DNA of 27,059 nt from a virus. Lineage: Duplodnaviria; Caudoviricetes. Below are positions 17,461-25,471 of the stretch, piece after piece. The notes under the pieces are model-generated. The model did not search any database, had not been told where the DNA came from, and saw nothing but the letters and a program-made list of their open reading frames with translations. Where the stretch lies: positions 1-27,059 of IMG/VR virus record IMGVR_UViG_3300043690_000033; one strand, written 5' to 3'. Both the position numbers and the translations under genes were made by a program. The first letter of the stretch is position 1. Each line of letters begins with the position of its first letter.

Positions 17461-17500
17461 TTGAGAAAAGCTAAATCGCTAGTGCTACTCTAGCGGCATC
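17461..17500 (+). promoter_or_regulatory. putative promoter for the scaffold-capsid operon with overlapping operator-like inverted repeat
   Basis: Extended -10 TGcTACTCT (17483-17491), TTGAGA 19 nt upstream, flanked by CGCTAG/CTAGCG (17477-17482, 17490-17495); GTG17501 has no SD. Confidence 0.45.
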
Positions 17501-18373
17501 GTGACAGAGTCGCCCTCGTCTCCGACAGGCGCACCTGCACCCACGGGCCCGGAAGGCGCGCCCGCCGAGTCGCATCCCGAAGTTGCGCTGGGACCAGATC
17601 CCTCGATCTATCCCGAAGCCCTTCGCCCGCGACCGACCGAGCCGCCCGCACCGCCCGTCCAGGGGGCACCGGAACCTGCCGAGTCGAGCGCAGCCGAAGC
17701 CGTTGAGAACATCGCTGGAGCCGCGGAATCGCCCCAGGAGGGTGAGACGCGGGGTGCCCGACGACGAGCGGCCGAGGAGGCGTACCAGCGGGGTCTGGCC
17801 GACGCACGTGCCGAACGTGCCCAGGAGGAAGCGCGCCAGGTCGCCCAGCGCACCCAGCGCGAAGCCACCGAACACGTCGAACGCCTCTTTTCGGACCTGG
17901 AGTCTGCCGACTACGCCACCCAGGATCGGGCCCGTCAGGGCATCCTGCAGATGTATCGCGGCAACCGCCAGGCGCAGGCGTTGATGACCACCACGCGCCA
18001 GCAAATCCTTTCAGAGATGGCCGCCGATTTTCTCAAGTTGCGCGAGCTGCCCAACGTGAGCGAGGAGGACTATCAGAGCCTGCACTCTGCCCCGACGGCC
18101 GCGGAGCTCGCCAAACGAGCGATGGACCTGGGCAGAAAGTCGCGTGACGATCAGATCGCGCGACTGGAGGCCGAACTGGAAGGCCTGCGCGGCCGACTGG
18201 TGGGCTCGCGAGCCACGCCAGAGCCGCGCAACGGCGGGGGTGGCGACGTGGGCAGTCTGTCGATCGAACAATATCTGACCCTCTCGCCCAAGGACGCCGC
18301 GAAACTGTCAAGCGCACAGATCGACGCGATCACCGCTCAGTTCCTGGCCGACCAGCAGCGAAACGGTCGCTAA
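17501..18373 (+). CDS. capsid scaffolding protein
   Basis: 290 aa directly upstream of the MCP; disordered P/E N-terminus, charged coiled coil, short C-terminal helix-loop-helix (LSIEQYLTLSPKDAAKLS). Confidence 0.75.
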   Translation: MTESPSSPTGAPAPTGPEGAPAESHPEVALGPDPSIYPEALRPRPTEPPAPPVQGAPEPAESSAAEAVENIAGAAESPQEGETRGARRRAAEEAYQRGLADARAERAQEEARQVAQRTQREATEHVERLFSDLESADYATQDRARQGILQMYRGNRQAQALMTTTRQQILSEMAADFLKLRELPNVSEEDYQSLHSAPTAAELAKRAMDLGRKSRDDQIARLEAELEGLRGRLVGSRATPEPRNGGGGDVGSLSIEQYLTLSPKDAAKLSSAQIDAITAQFLADQQRNGR

Positions 18374-18415
18374 CTAGCGGGCTGAACAAGCCCTCTACGG
18401 AGGGTCCATACATCC

Positions 18416-19297
18416 TTGGCGGACGTAACTATCACCACGGCCGCGGTGATGATCGACCAGGTGTGGTCGCCGGAACTGAACCGCGCCATCCAGTACGACG
18501 TCGTCATCGCCGCGTTGTTCGACGACAAGTCAGCGCTCGTCGATCAGCACGCCAATACCATCAACCTGCCGTCACGCCACAACCTGACGGCCAACGCCAA
18601 AGCGCCGGGCACGCCGCTCACGCCGCAGGCCATCACCGAGACCTCGCAGCAGTTCGTGCTGCCGATGACCAACGGTCACCGCGCGATCGCCCAGATGATC
18701 GAGGACATCGCCGAGATCCAATCGCGCTACGACATCCGCTCGGAGACGACCATCGCCGGGGCCTACGCCCTGGCGCGCCAGATGGACGTCGACGCGGCTA
18801 GCCTGTTCCCGGCCGCGACCAACTCGAGCGGCACCTCGTCAGCGGAGCTCACCGACGACAACCTGATCGCCGCGCGCACGCTGCTCCGCAACCAGGCCGC
18901 GCCGCGTCCCTGGTACATCTGCGTCCCGCCGGCCACGTACTCCGGTTTCCTGAAACTCGAGAAGTTCACCAACATGCTGTACGTCGGCCAGGACGAGGCC
19001 GGCACGGCCGTCGAGGAAGCGCGCGTCGGCAAGATGTACGGCGCCGACGTGTACGAGTCGCAGTTGCTGTCGGGCACGGCACCCGCGGCGACGGGTGCGT
19101 TCTGGTCGAAGACGCACTATTTCAAGGCGCTCCAGCGGCAACCCACGACGCATACCTGGTACTCGCCGCTCGATCTGAGCTGGGTGGTCTCGATGGACGC
19201 GATCTACGGCATGTTCGAGAGGCTAGAAGCCGACGAGGCGGCGGCCGCCACGACCAACTCGAGCAACTGGAGCGTTAAATTACTTTGTACTAAATGA
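18416..19297 (+). CDS. major capsid protein (HK97 fold)
   Basis: 293 aa; IDQVWSPEL, NTINLP, IEDIAEIQSRYDIRS...AYALARQMD, GKMYGADVYES, DAIYGM are typical of podoviral MCPs; TTG start, GGAGG at 18399-18403. Confidence 0.88.
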   Translation: MADVTITTAAVMIDQVWSPELNRAIQYDVVIAALFDDKSALVDQHANTINLPSRHNLTANAKAPGTPLTPQAITETSQQFVLPMTNGHRAIAQMIEDIAEIQSRYDIRSETTIAGAYALARQMDVDAASLFPAATNSSGTSSAELTDDNLIAARTLLRNQAAPRPWYICVPPATYSGFLKLEKFTNMLYVGQDEAGTAVEEARVGKMYGADVYESQLLSGTAPAATGAFWSKTHYFKALQRQPTTHTWYSPLDLSWVVSMDAIYGMFERLEADEAAAATTNSSNWSVKLLCTK

Positions 19298-19889
19298 GTA
19301 ACTTTCTAGTTATCTCCTCGCCAGTAAGTGCATGGTAAATAATGACCAATAGAGGACGTGGTTGAGCGGCAAGTTGGTTGTCGATGTTGTTCTTGAATCG
19401 CTTCCAACCGCCGTGGAAAAAGAACAGGCCGGGGAAGTGCACCGAGGTAATGCGCCAGCCATAACTCAAGTAGGGAAGCGCGCGCTTGATTTCCACGAAG
19501 CCGTCACCAGGCACGTAGAAGTCAGGGCGTACGCGGTCCATCGAGATCGCGTGCGGATTTGCAGTCTGGAACCGGGCCTGCAATTCGGTTTCTGGAATGC
19601 CTTTGAATCGGTCACGCAGCACCTTGGCCCGATCATTTGCAGCCTCACGCCATTCGGCGTCAGTCGCTCGCAAACGTTTCTGCCGTTGATTCTGGCGAAT
19701 TTGAGTCTGACGCAAAGATTCGGGATGCTCGTCGCGCCACTTCTGGGTGTAACTCCGACTTTCTTCTGGGTTGCGCTCGCGCCATCGCGCCATCGTCTCG
19801 CGCGCGATTTCCAGTGTGCGTTCGGGATTCGCAGCTCGCCAACGCCGCATATATTCGGCGCGCTTGGCCTTCTTCTCTTCGGGGGTCAC
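19290..19889 (-). CDS. free-standing PD-(D/E)XK endonuclease (homing-endonuclease-like), antisense insertion
   Basis: N-terminal repeats RWRAANPE/RWRERNPE/KWRDEHPE as in phage homing-endonuclease DNA-binding arms; catalytic-like RPDFYVPGDGFVEIK; lower GC than flanks; GTG19889 start chosen (ORF open to 19967). Confidence 0.72.
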   Translation of the reverse strand: MTPEEKKAKRAEYMRRWRAANPERTLEIARETMARWRERNPEESRSYTQKWRDEHPESLRQTQIRQNQRQKRLRATDAEWREAANDRAKVLRDRFKGIPETELQARFQTANPHAISMDRVRPDFYVPGDGFVEIKRALPYLSYGWRITSVHFPGLFFFHGGWKRFKNNIDNQLAAQPRPLLVIIYHALTGEEITRKLLI

Positions 19890-19944
19890 ACTACATGATG
19901 GATGCCACTGGTTGCGAACGTGGTTGCAAAGTAGTGCGGCCATG

Positions 19945-20214
19945 ATGGACACCTTCTCGGGTGCCAACTACGCGCCGTTTACCACCACCAACGTGGCCGT
20001 CAAGGCGCGCCCCGGTCGATTGGCCAAGCTCGTCGTCACCAGTGCCGTGACCGGCAGCATCACCATCTATGACAATCCCAGCGCGGCGTCGGGCACGATT
20101 CTGTACACCGCGACCACGCCCGCGGTCGGCATCGTGCCGCTCGACATCCCGGCCCGCTCGGGTATCTACCTGGTGCCCGGCTCGGCCGGCGGCGGCATCC
20201 TGGTCTATTCATAG
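19945..20214 (+). CDS. small beta-rich structural protein, probable capsid decoration protein (89 aa)
   Basis: MDTFSGANYAPFTTTNVAVKARPGRLAKLVVT...ITIYDNPSAASGTILY; first + gene after the MCP; alternative ATG19942. Confidence 0.6.
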   Translation: MDTFSGANYAPFTTTNVAVKARPGRLAKLVVTSAVTGSITIYDNPSAASGTILYTATTPAVGIVPLDIPARSGIYLVPGSAGGGILVYS

Positions 20215-20221
20215 CGACACT

Positions 20222-20665
20222 ATGCCGGCCATCATCACCCGTCCGGAGGCCGAGCAGCAGGCGTATCGGGTGCGCTTTCACGTGCGCGTGCCGGCGCGCT
20301 GGCATCAGGACGACCTGCTCAAAAAACGCAACTGGGCGCTCGGGCGCATGATCCGTCAGTTGGGCCTGCAGGGCTGGCGGTTTGTGCAGTTGAGCGATGA
20401 ACCGCCGCGCGGCCCACTGCCGGTAGTGCCCGTCAAAGGCTTTCCCAGGCGGCCACCGGGTGGCAACCGCGTCACGCCGCTGGGCCGCAATGACGACGCG
20501 TTGTGGCGGGTCAGCACGCTGCCGACCTTCGGGCCCAAAGCACCCCACCTGATGACCGACGAGGTCGAGTGGGAATACGTCGCCATTTTCTCGAGAGCCA
20601 CGATCGCCACCGAATACGTCGTATCTGAGAAGGGAGATCCTGAGCCGTTATGGCTGAGGCACTGA
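20222..20665 (+). CDS. hypothetical protein (147 aa)
   Basis: ATG 7 nt after the upstream stop; typical codon usage. Confidence 0.65.
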   Translation: MPAIITRPEAEQQAYRVRFHVRVPARWHQDDLLKKRNWALGRMIRQLGLQGWRFVQLSDEPPRGPLPVVPVKGFPRRPPGGNRVTPLGRNDDALWRVSTLPTFGPKAPHLMTDEVEWEYVAIFSRATIATEYVVSEKGDPEPLWLRH

Positions 20666-21441
20666 CAACCGAAGCGCCCAACGCGGTGATCGCCGACCAG
20701 GGCATGATCTACTGCCGCTTCCCGTCCGGCGAGATCCAGGCGTGCGACGCCTCGCCGATGGAGCTCATGAAAAAGATCAACCGCGGCATCCAGCCCCTGG
20801 CGGACTACGGCCAGTTTGGCTCGAGCGCGTACTACATGGACCACCCGTTCGAGCCACTGTTTCAGGCCGGCGGCGCGCGCGAGATGAGCGTCCAGCAGAT
20901 CGTCGATCTGGGCTATCACCTGCCTGGTCGCGCGCCGATGGTCCCGACCTGCGAGCGGCACGTGGGCGACGGCAAAGACCACCTGGCGCACAGCGGGCGC
21001 GCGGGCGCCGGCTCGGCCAAGGCGCAGGGCTGTTGGCGCGGCGCGCGGCCCGTGCAGTTTCCGCAGCTCGCAGGCGTGAGCCTGCCGCCAGTGCCCGAAG
21101 CGTGCGAATACTGCGGCCGCGACGATTTTCCTAACGCGCGCGCCCTCAAGCAGCACCAGGACGTGATGCACAACGATCGCAGGCAGCAGCAGCAGTTGGG
21201 CGAGGCCATCGTTAGCGGCCTGCAGCAGACCGGTGTCGTTTCGGGCGGGAACGCATCTGACATCGCCGCGGCCGTCGCCGCCACACTCAAAGCCCTCGGC
21301 TACGGTCAGCCTGGACCGCAACCCGACCCGAACCCGCCCGAAGAGCCCGAGGACGAGGGCGACGAGGCACCTGAACCGGAACCCCAACCACCCGAACCCG
21401 AACCCGAACCGACGCCCGCCGCTGCTGGGCGGCGGCGCTAG
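20650..21441 (+). CDS. C2H2 zinc-finger-containing protein with acidic PE-rich tail (263 aa)
   Basis: CEYCGRDDFPNARALKQHQDVMH (21103-21171); SD-like AAGGGAG upstream. Confidence 0.7.
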   Translation: MAEALTTEAPNAVIADQGMIYCRFPSGEIQACDASPMELMKKINRGIQPLADYGQFGSSAYYMDHPFEPLFQAGGAREMSVQQIVDLGYHLPGRAPMVPTCERHVGDGKDHLAHSGRAGAGSAKAQGCWRGARPVQFPQLAGVSLPPVPEACEYCGRDDFPNARALKQHQDVMHNDRRQQQQLGEAIVSGLQQTGVVSGGNASDIAAAVAATLKALGYGQPGPQPDPNPPEEPEDEGDEAPEPEPQPPEPEPEPTPAAAGRRR

Positions 21442-21459
21442 TCCAGGAGGCTTTCCCCT

Positions 21460-21840
21460 ATGCCTGGCACTCGTGCACAGACCAAAAACACCATCGACGT
21501 CGTGACCGGCTACTCGAATGCCGCGACCACCGCGGGCCAGATCCTCAACGAGTACGTCAGCGTCATCTTTGGCCGCCTGACGGGCATCAAGTTCTACGCC
21601 CAGACCGCCGGCGGCGGCGCGTGCGTCGGCGACGTGCTGATCAACGGCACCTCGATCTGGGCGGCGGCCGGCAACAAGCCGACACTTGCCTCGGGCACCG
21701 GTGAGTTCAACAACGCGCCGGGCGATCCTGGCAAGACCGGCATCCGGCCGGGCGATCGGATCACGCTGCAGATCAACACCATCACGACCACCGGACCCGC
21801 GCGCCTGTCGGCGACGGCGGCCATCGAAGGCAACGTCTGA
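21460..21840 (+). CDS. small beta-rich virion structural protein (126 aa)
   Basis: SD AGGAGG at 21445; T/G/A-rich; GDVLINGTSIW...PGDRITLQI pattern seen in phage structural proteins. Confidence 0.65.
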   Translation: MPGTRAQTKNTIDVVTGYSNAATTAGQILNEYVSVIFGRLTGIKFYAQTAGGGACVGDVLINGTSIWAAAGNKPTLASGTGEFNNAPGDPGKTGIRPGDRITLQINTITTTGPARLSATAAIEGNV

Positions 21841-21851
21841 AGGTTGTTTAG

Positions 21852-22802
21852 ATGCCGTTTTCGCTGGCACAGTACCGCCACCGACTGGCGGACGCGGCGG
21901 GCTTCAACGCGCAGACCACCACCACGGCCAGCGCCGCGCAGCCCAATCAGCTCATCGTCAGCGACTTTCTGAGCACCGAGCTCGAGCCATCCTTTCTGGG
22001 CAATACCTGGGCGTACCAGCCGAGCGGTCCGAACGCTGGCCAGGTGCGCCGCGTCGCGTACACCGGGCTCGATCCGTCCAGCGGCACGGTCACGCTCGAG
22101 CGCGCCTACGCCACGGCCACGCCGGTCGGCACCGCCGTCGAGTTCCTGGGACGCTTGCCACCGGTGCGCTATGAGGGCAGGCTCGGACTGAACGACCTCG
22201 TCAACAAGGTGCTCGCCGAGTGCTGGACGGTCCAGAAGCTGCCCATTCCCGCAGTCGCGTCTCAGCGCGTGTATCCGCTCGGCGCGCTGTTCCCGTGGCT
22301 GCAAGCTGAGGACCAGTTTGTCGAGGTCTACTACCGCGGCGCCGGGGCTGACCCGAACAGCGACGACCAGTTGATGGTCAACTGGCGCTGGATGCCGGGC
22401 GCGGACAACCCCGGTCTGGAGATCGCCCAGCCCCTCAATAGCGGTGACACCTTGCTGCCGCAGGTGTACGTGCCCATGTCCTGGTGGCTCAATACTGGCA
22501 CTGGCTTCGCACTGGCCGCGACCGAGGGCCTGTTCGCCGACACCGACCAGGCCATCCTGCCGATCATGGGCATGGAGATCATCGGCAGCTCATACGTCTA
22601 CAACGAGCTCGCCAAGTGGGGCCTGCCGGATGACCAGGCCGTCTTTCGACAACTGCGCGCCCAGGCGCGCGCGGCCGCCAATCAGTGGAAACGCCTGACG
22701 CTCGAGCATCCCAAGCCGCGCAAGCAGCACTGGCCCAGCGTGCTCACCGTGCGATCCAGGGATAATTACGGCTACGGCTACACGATCGTAACCCCAGGTT
22801 AG
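21852..22802 (+). CDS. putative head-to-tail adaptor (tail tubular protein A-like)
   Basis: 316 aa; helical N-terminus (LAQYRHRLAD), LNDLVNKVLAECW, C-terminal helices; directly before the nozzle-like gene. Confidence 0.55.
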   Translation: MPFSLAQYRHRLADAAGFNAQTTTTASAAQPNQLIVSDFLSTELEPSFLGNTWAYQPSGPNAGQVRRVAYTGLDPSSGTVTLERAYATATPVGTAVEFLGRLPPVRYEGRLGLNDLVNKVLAECWTVQKLPIPAVASQRVYPLGALFPWLQAEDQFVEVYYRGAGADPNSDDQLMVNWRWMPGADNPGLEIAQPLNSGDTLLPQVYVPMSWWLNTGTGFALAATEGLFADTDQAILPIMGMEIIGSSYVYNELAKWGLPDDQAVFRQLRAQARAAANQWKRLTLEHPKPRKQHWPSVLTVRSRDNYGYGYTIVTPG

Positions 22803-22808
22803 CCCGAG

Positions 22809-24833
22809 GTGCCGTATCCGCTCCGCGAATCCATCACGCTCGGCGGGTATGACCTGACCCTGTACCAGTACTCGCAGGGCGGGCTGAAGGCGCAGGCGGC
22901 GGATGCCCAGACGTCCGTCGTGCAGCTCAGCGGCGAGCCGATCGACCTGTCCGAGGAACCGCTGGTCATCGACACCTTCCATCTGGGCTTCGGCTACTCG
23001 TGGCGGCTGATCCAGGACGCCTACGCCTACGCCATCAACGCTGATGCACGCTTTCCCAGGCTGCTGCTGCCCGGTCCGCAGGTCACCAGTTTCGTGCTCA
23101 GCGGCGCCACCAGCGCGCCGCGCTGCGGTCAGGATTACAACGGCCATTTCTATGTGGGCGTCGGCGGCACCATCTGGCGCGTGCCCAACGGCACGGGCAC
23201 GCCAGTGGTCGATCAGAGCCTGGGCGCCGTCTACGCGTGGTCGATGGATACGTTTCTGGGCAACCTGTACGTGGGCACCTCGGCCACCGACACGACCGGC
23301 GGCGCGCCGGGGCCGCTATGGCAGTGTGCCGCGGGTGCCTGGACCGGCGCAGGTCCCAACCGCAAGGCCATCGCGCACGCGTGGTATCAGGCGCAGGCCT
23401 CGGGCTCAGTCGGCGCCTGGCAGTTGATCGGCTCGGACTCGACTTCGACGGTGTCCAACGTGGCGACCGCGCCGATGACGCCCGGCAACTGGGGCGCCAG
23501 CGTGCCGGTCGGCGATACGACCTACCCGATCGCGTCTCTGATTTCGTCGCAGGGCCACATCTACGTGGCCAAAGTCAACGGCCTGCACGACGTCGACGGC
23601 ACGACCGGGTTTTCGCCCAACTTGATGCCGTTTTATGAATCGGCCATCGACGCCGAAAACGGCGTGGCCGGCATGACCGCCAACGGCTCGGTGTACGTCA
23701 ACTCGATCGCCGGCCTGTTTCGGCTGGATGTCTCGGGCGGCTCGACCACCGGCCGTATCACCACCGTCACGCCCGGGCATGGCCTGCCCAACGAGACGCC
23801 CATCCGCGGCAAGATCACCGCGCTGACCAACTACGGCCCCTGGATCATCGCCGCGGTTTACAACGGCGTGGATACCTACATCATGTGGGGCCGCGACATC
23901 CGCCAGGGCGACGCGGGCACCTCACCCTTCGGCTACGGCGCCGGCTACGGTGCCAGCCCGCAGGCCATCGGACCCAACCCGATGTTGTGGCACGGCGCGT
24001 TGATTTTCCTGCCGGGCCAGATCTGCCGCATGCTGGCCATCTCGTCGCTGACCAGCCCGCCGCGACTGTGGCTGGGCACCTACAACCCGACCGCGGGCCA
24101 GGCCTCCCTGAGCTGGGCATACATCGCGCGCACCGAGAACCCGCTGCAGGACCCCGAGTACACCTATGCCACCTCGTGGCAGTTCTACATCGCCGGCCAG
24201 GACTGGGGGCACCCGCTGAGCACCAAGGACCTGCTGCAGGTCGACATCCAGGCCGACGGCCTCGGGGTTGGATCCAGTCTGGACATCCAGGTCGGCGCGG
24301 ATGGCCAGACGCCGGCCCACTTCGGCACGGCCAATGCGAGTCCGGTGTCGTATGTGATCGGCACCGCCGACCTGTTCGGGCGGCGACTGACACTGGTGCT
24401 CAATGGCACCAACACGGCCAGCTCGCCGGCGCTGATCCGTGCCTTGAGCGCGCGTGCCCAGATCCGGCCAAACCTGCGCCGCATTCGGACATACGACGTG
24501 GTCCTCGGCGAGGGCAACCTGGACCGCTTCGGTGGCCGCGACATCGGTCGCGCGCTGACCGTATACCAGGATCTCGAGCCCATGCAGTGGGGCGGCCGGC
24601 AGACGCTGCGGGATGAGTTTGGAGAGACCTACAACGTGCTGGTCATGCCGCCGATTCAGCGCAAGCTGAGCCACCTGGGCGGCGAGTCGGGCAAAGGTAC
24701 GGCCGAGCCGGTCATCGTGGCCACGCTCACCCTGAAGTTGCTGGTCAACGACGCGGATCTGACCACGCCGGCGGGCATCCACTGGGACGCCGGGTACAAG
24801 TGGGACACTGGCTATCGCTGGGGTACCCCATGA
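22809..24833 (+). CDS. putative tail nozzle / tubular protein B (beta-propeller, P22 gp10/T7 gp12-like)
   Basis: 674 aa with repeated blade-like segments (YNGHFYVGVGGTIWRV, FLGNLYVGTS, QGHIYVAKVNGLHDV, NGSVYVNSIAGLFRL); synteny. Confidence 0.65.
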   Translation: MPYPLRESITLGGYDLTLYQYSQGGLKAQAADAQTSVVQLSGEPIDLSEEPLVIDTFHLGFGYSWRLIQDAYAYAINADARFPRLLLPGPQVTSFVLSGATSAPRCGQDYNGHFYVGVGGTIWRVPNGTGTPVVDQSLGAVYAWSMDTFLGNLYVGTSATDTTGGAPGPLWQCAAGAWTGAGPNRKAIAHAWYQAQASGSVGAWQLIGSDSTSTVSNVATAPMTPGNWGASVPVGDTTYPIASLISSQGHIYVAKVNGLHDVDGTTGFSPNLMPFYESAIDAENGVAGMTANGSVYVNSIAGLFRLDVSGGSTTGRITTVTPGHGLPNETPIRGKITALTNYGPWIIAAVYNGVDTYIMWGRDIRQGDAGTSPFGYGAGYGASPQAIGPNPMLWHGALIFLPGQICRMLAISSLTSPPRLWLGTYNPTAGQASLSWAYIARTENPLQDPEYTYATSWQFYIAGQDWGHPLSTKDLLQVDIQADGLGVGSSLDIQVGADGQTPAHFGTANASPVSYVIGTADLFGRRLTLVLNGTNTASSPALIRALSARAQIRPNLRRIRTYDVVLGEGNLDRFGGRDIGRALTVYQDLEPMQWGGRQTLRDEFGETYNVLVMPPIQRKLSHLGGESGKGTAEPVIVATLTLKLLVNDADLTTPAGIHWDAGYKWDTGYRWGTP

Positions 24834-25468
24834 CGTTGAAGACGCGTGTGGCGGGGTTTTTACAGTTCGTCCAGGGCGACGACCAGCAGGTGTACCTCAC
24901 GCGCTGGCTGACCCAGAACTGGCGTGCCACCGACGCACTGTTTGACCCCGTCACCGGCCACAACCACAACGGCAGCGGCACCAATGGGCCGGTCATCGGT
25001 GGTGCCTCGAACCCGATCAACTGGCGCGGGACATGGTCGGCATCGACGGCGTATATCGCCAACGACGGCGTCAACTACCAGGGCTCGAGCTACGTGGCTA
25101 CCGCGGCAACGACCGGCAGCACGCCGCCGGCGGCACCCTGGCAGCTTGTCGCCGCTCAGGGGGCCACCGGTGCGACGGGTCCGACTGGTCCGCAAGGGGC
25201 GACCGGCGCGACGGGGCCGCAGGGGCCGCAGGGGAATCCGGGGGCAACCGGGCCGCAGGGTGTGCCTGGTCCCGTCGGCATGACCTGGCGCGGCAACTGG
25301 GCCTCCACCAACGCGTACGCGGTCAACGACGCCGCGTTCTATTCGACCAACGGCTCGTCGTACATCTGTACGACTGCCGTGAGCAGCGGCGGCGCAGCTC
25401 CGCCATCCGATAGTGCGCACTGGGGCCTGCTGGCCGCGGGCGCGACAGGCACATGGGGGTCTCCATAA
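24830..25468 (+). CDS. collagen-like fibre with two CBM5/12-like carbohydrate-binding modules (212 aa)
   Basis: ATGA overlap with the nozzle gene; HxH (GHNHNG); modules [24 protein letters not shown] and [26 protein letters not shown] flank ~14 Gly-X-Y triplets (~25160-25285). Confidence 0.8.
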   Translation: MTLKTRVAGFLQFVQGDDQQVYLTRWLTQNWRATDALFDPVTGHNHNGSGTNGPVIGGASNPINWRGTWSASTAYIANDGVNYQGSSYVATAATTGSTPPAAPWQLVAAQGATGATGPTGPQGATGATGPQGPQGNPGATGPQGVPGPVGMTWRGNWASTNAYAVNDAAFYSTNGSSYICTTAVSSGGAAPPSDSAHWGLLAAGATGTWGSP

Positions 25469-25471
25469 AGC

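Noticed and set aside
19362-19898. 178-aa + strand ORF in the capsid-adjacent insertion
   Set aside because: Lies antisense to the ORF carrying the PD-(D/E)XK motif and helical repeats; it has no recognisable features.
19909-19930. Direct repeat TGGTTGCGAA/TGGTTGCAAA upstream of the nuclease as a promoter or insertion boundary
   Set aside because: Only two short imperfect copies, no properly spaced -35/-10 pair, and no matching copy at the other end of the insertion.
19298-19944. Group I intron splitting a longer capsid gene
   Set aside because: The MCP ends with a plausible C-terminus and stop, the next gene has its own ATG, the nuclease ORF fills nearly the whole gap, and I recognised no intron core.
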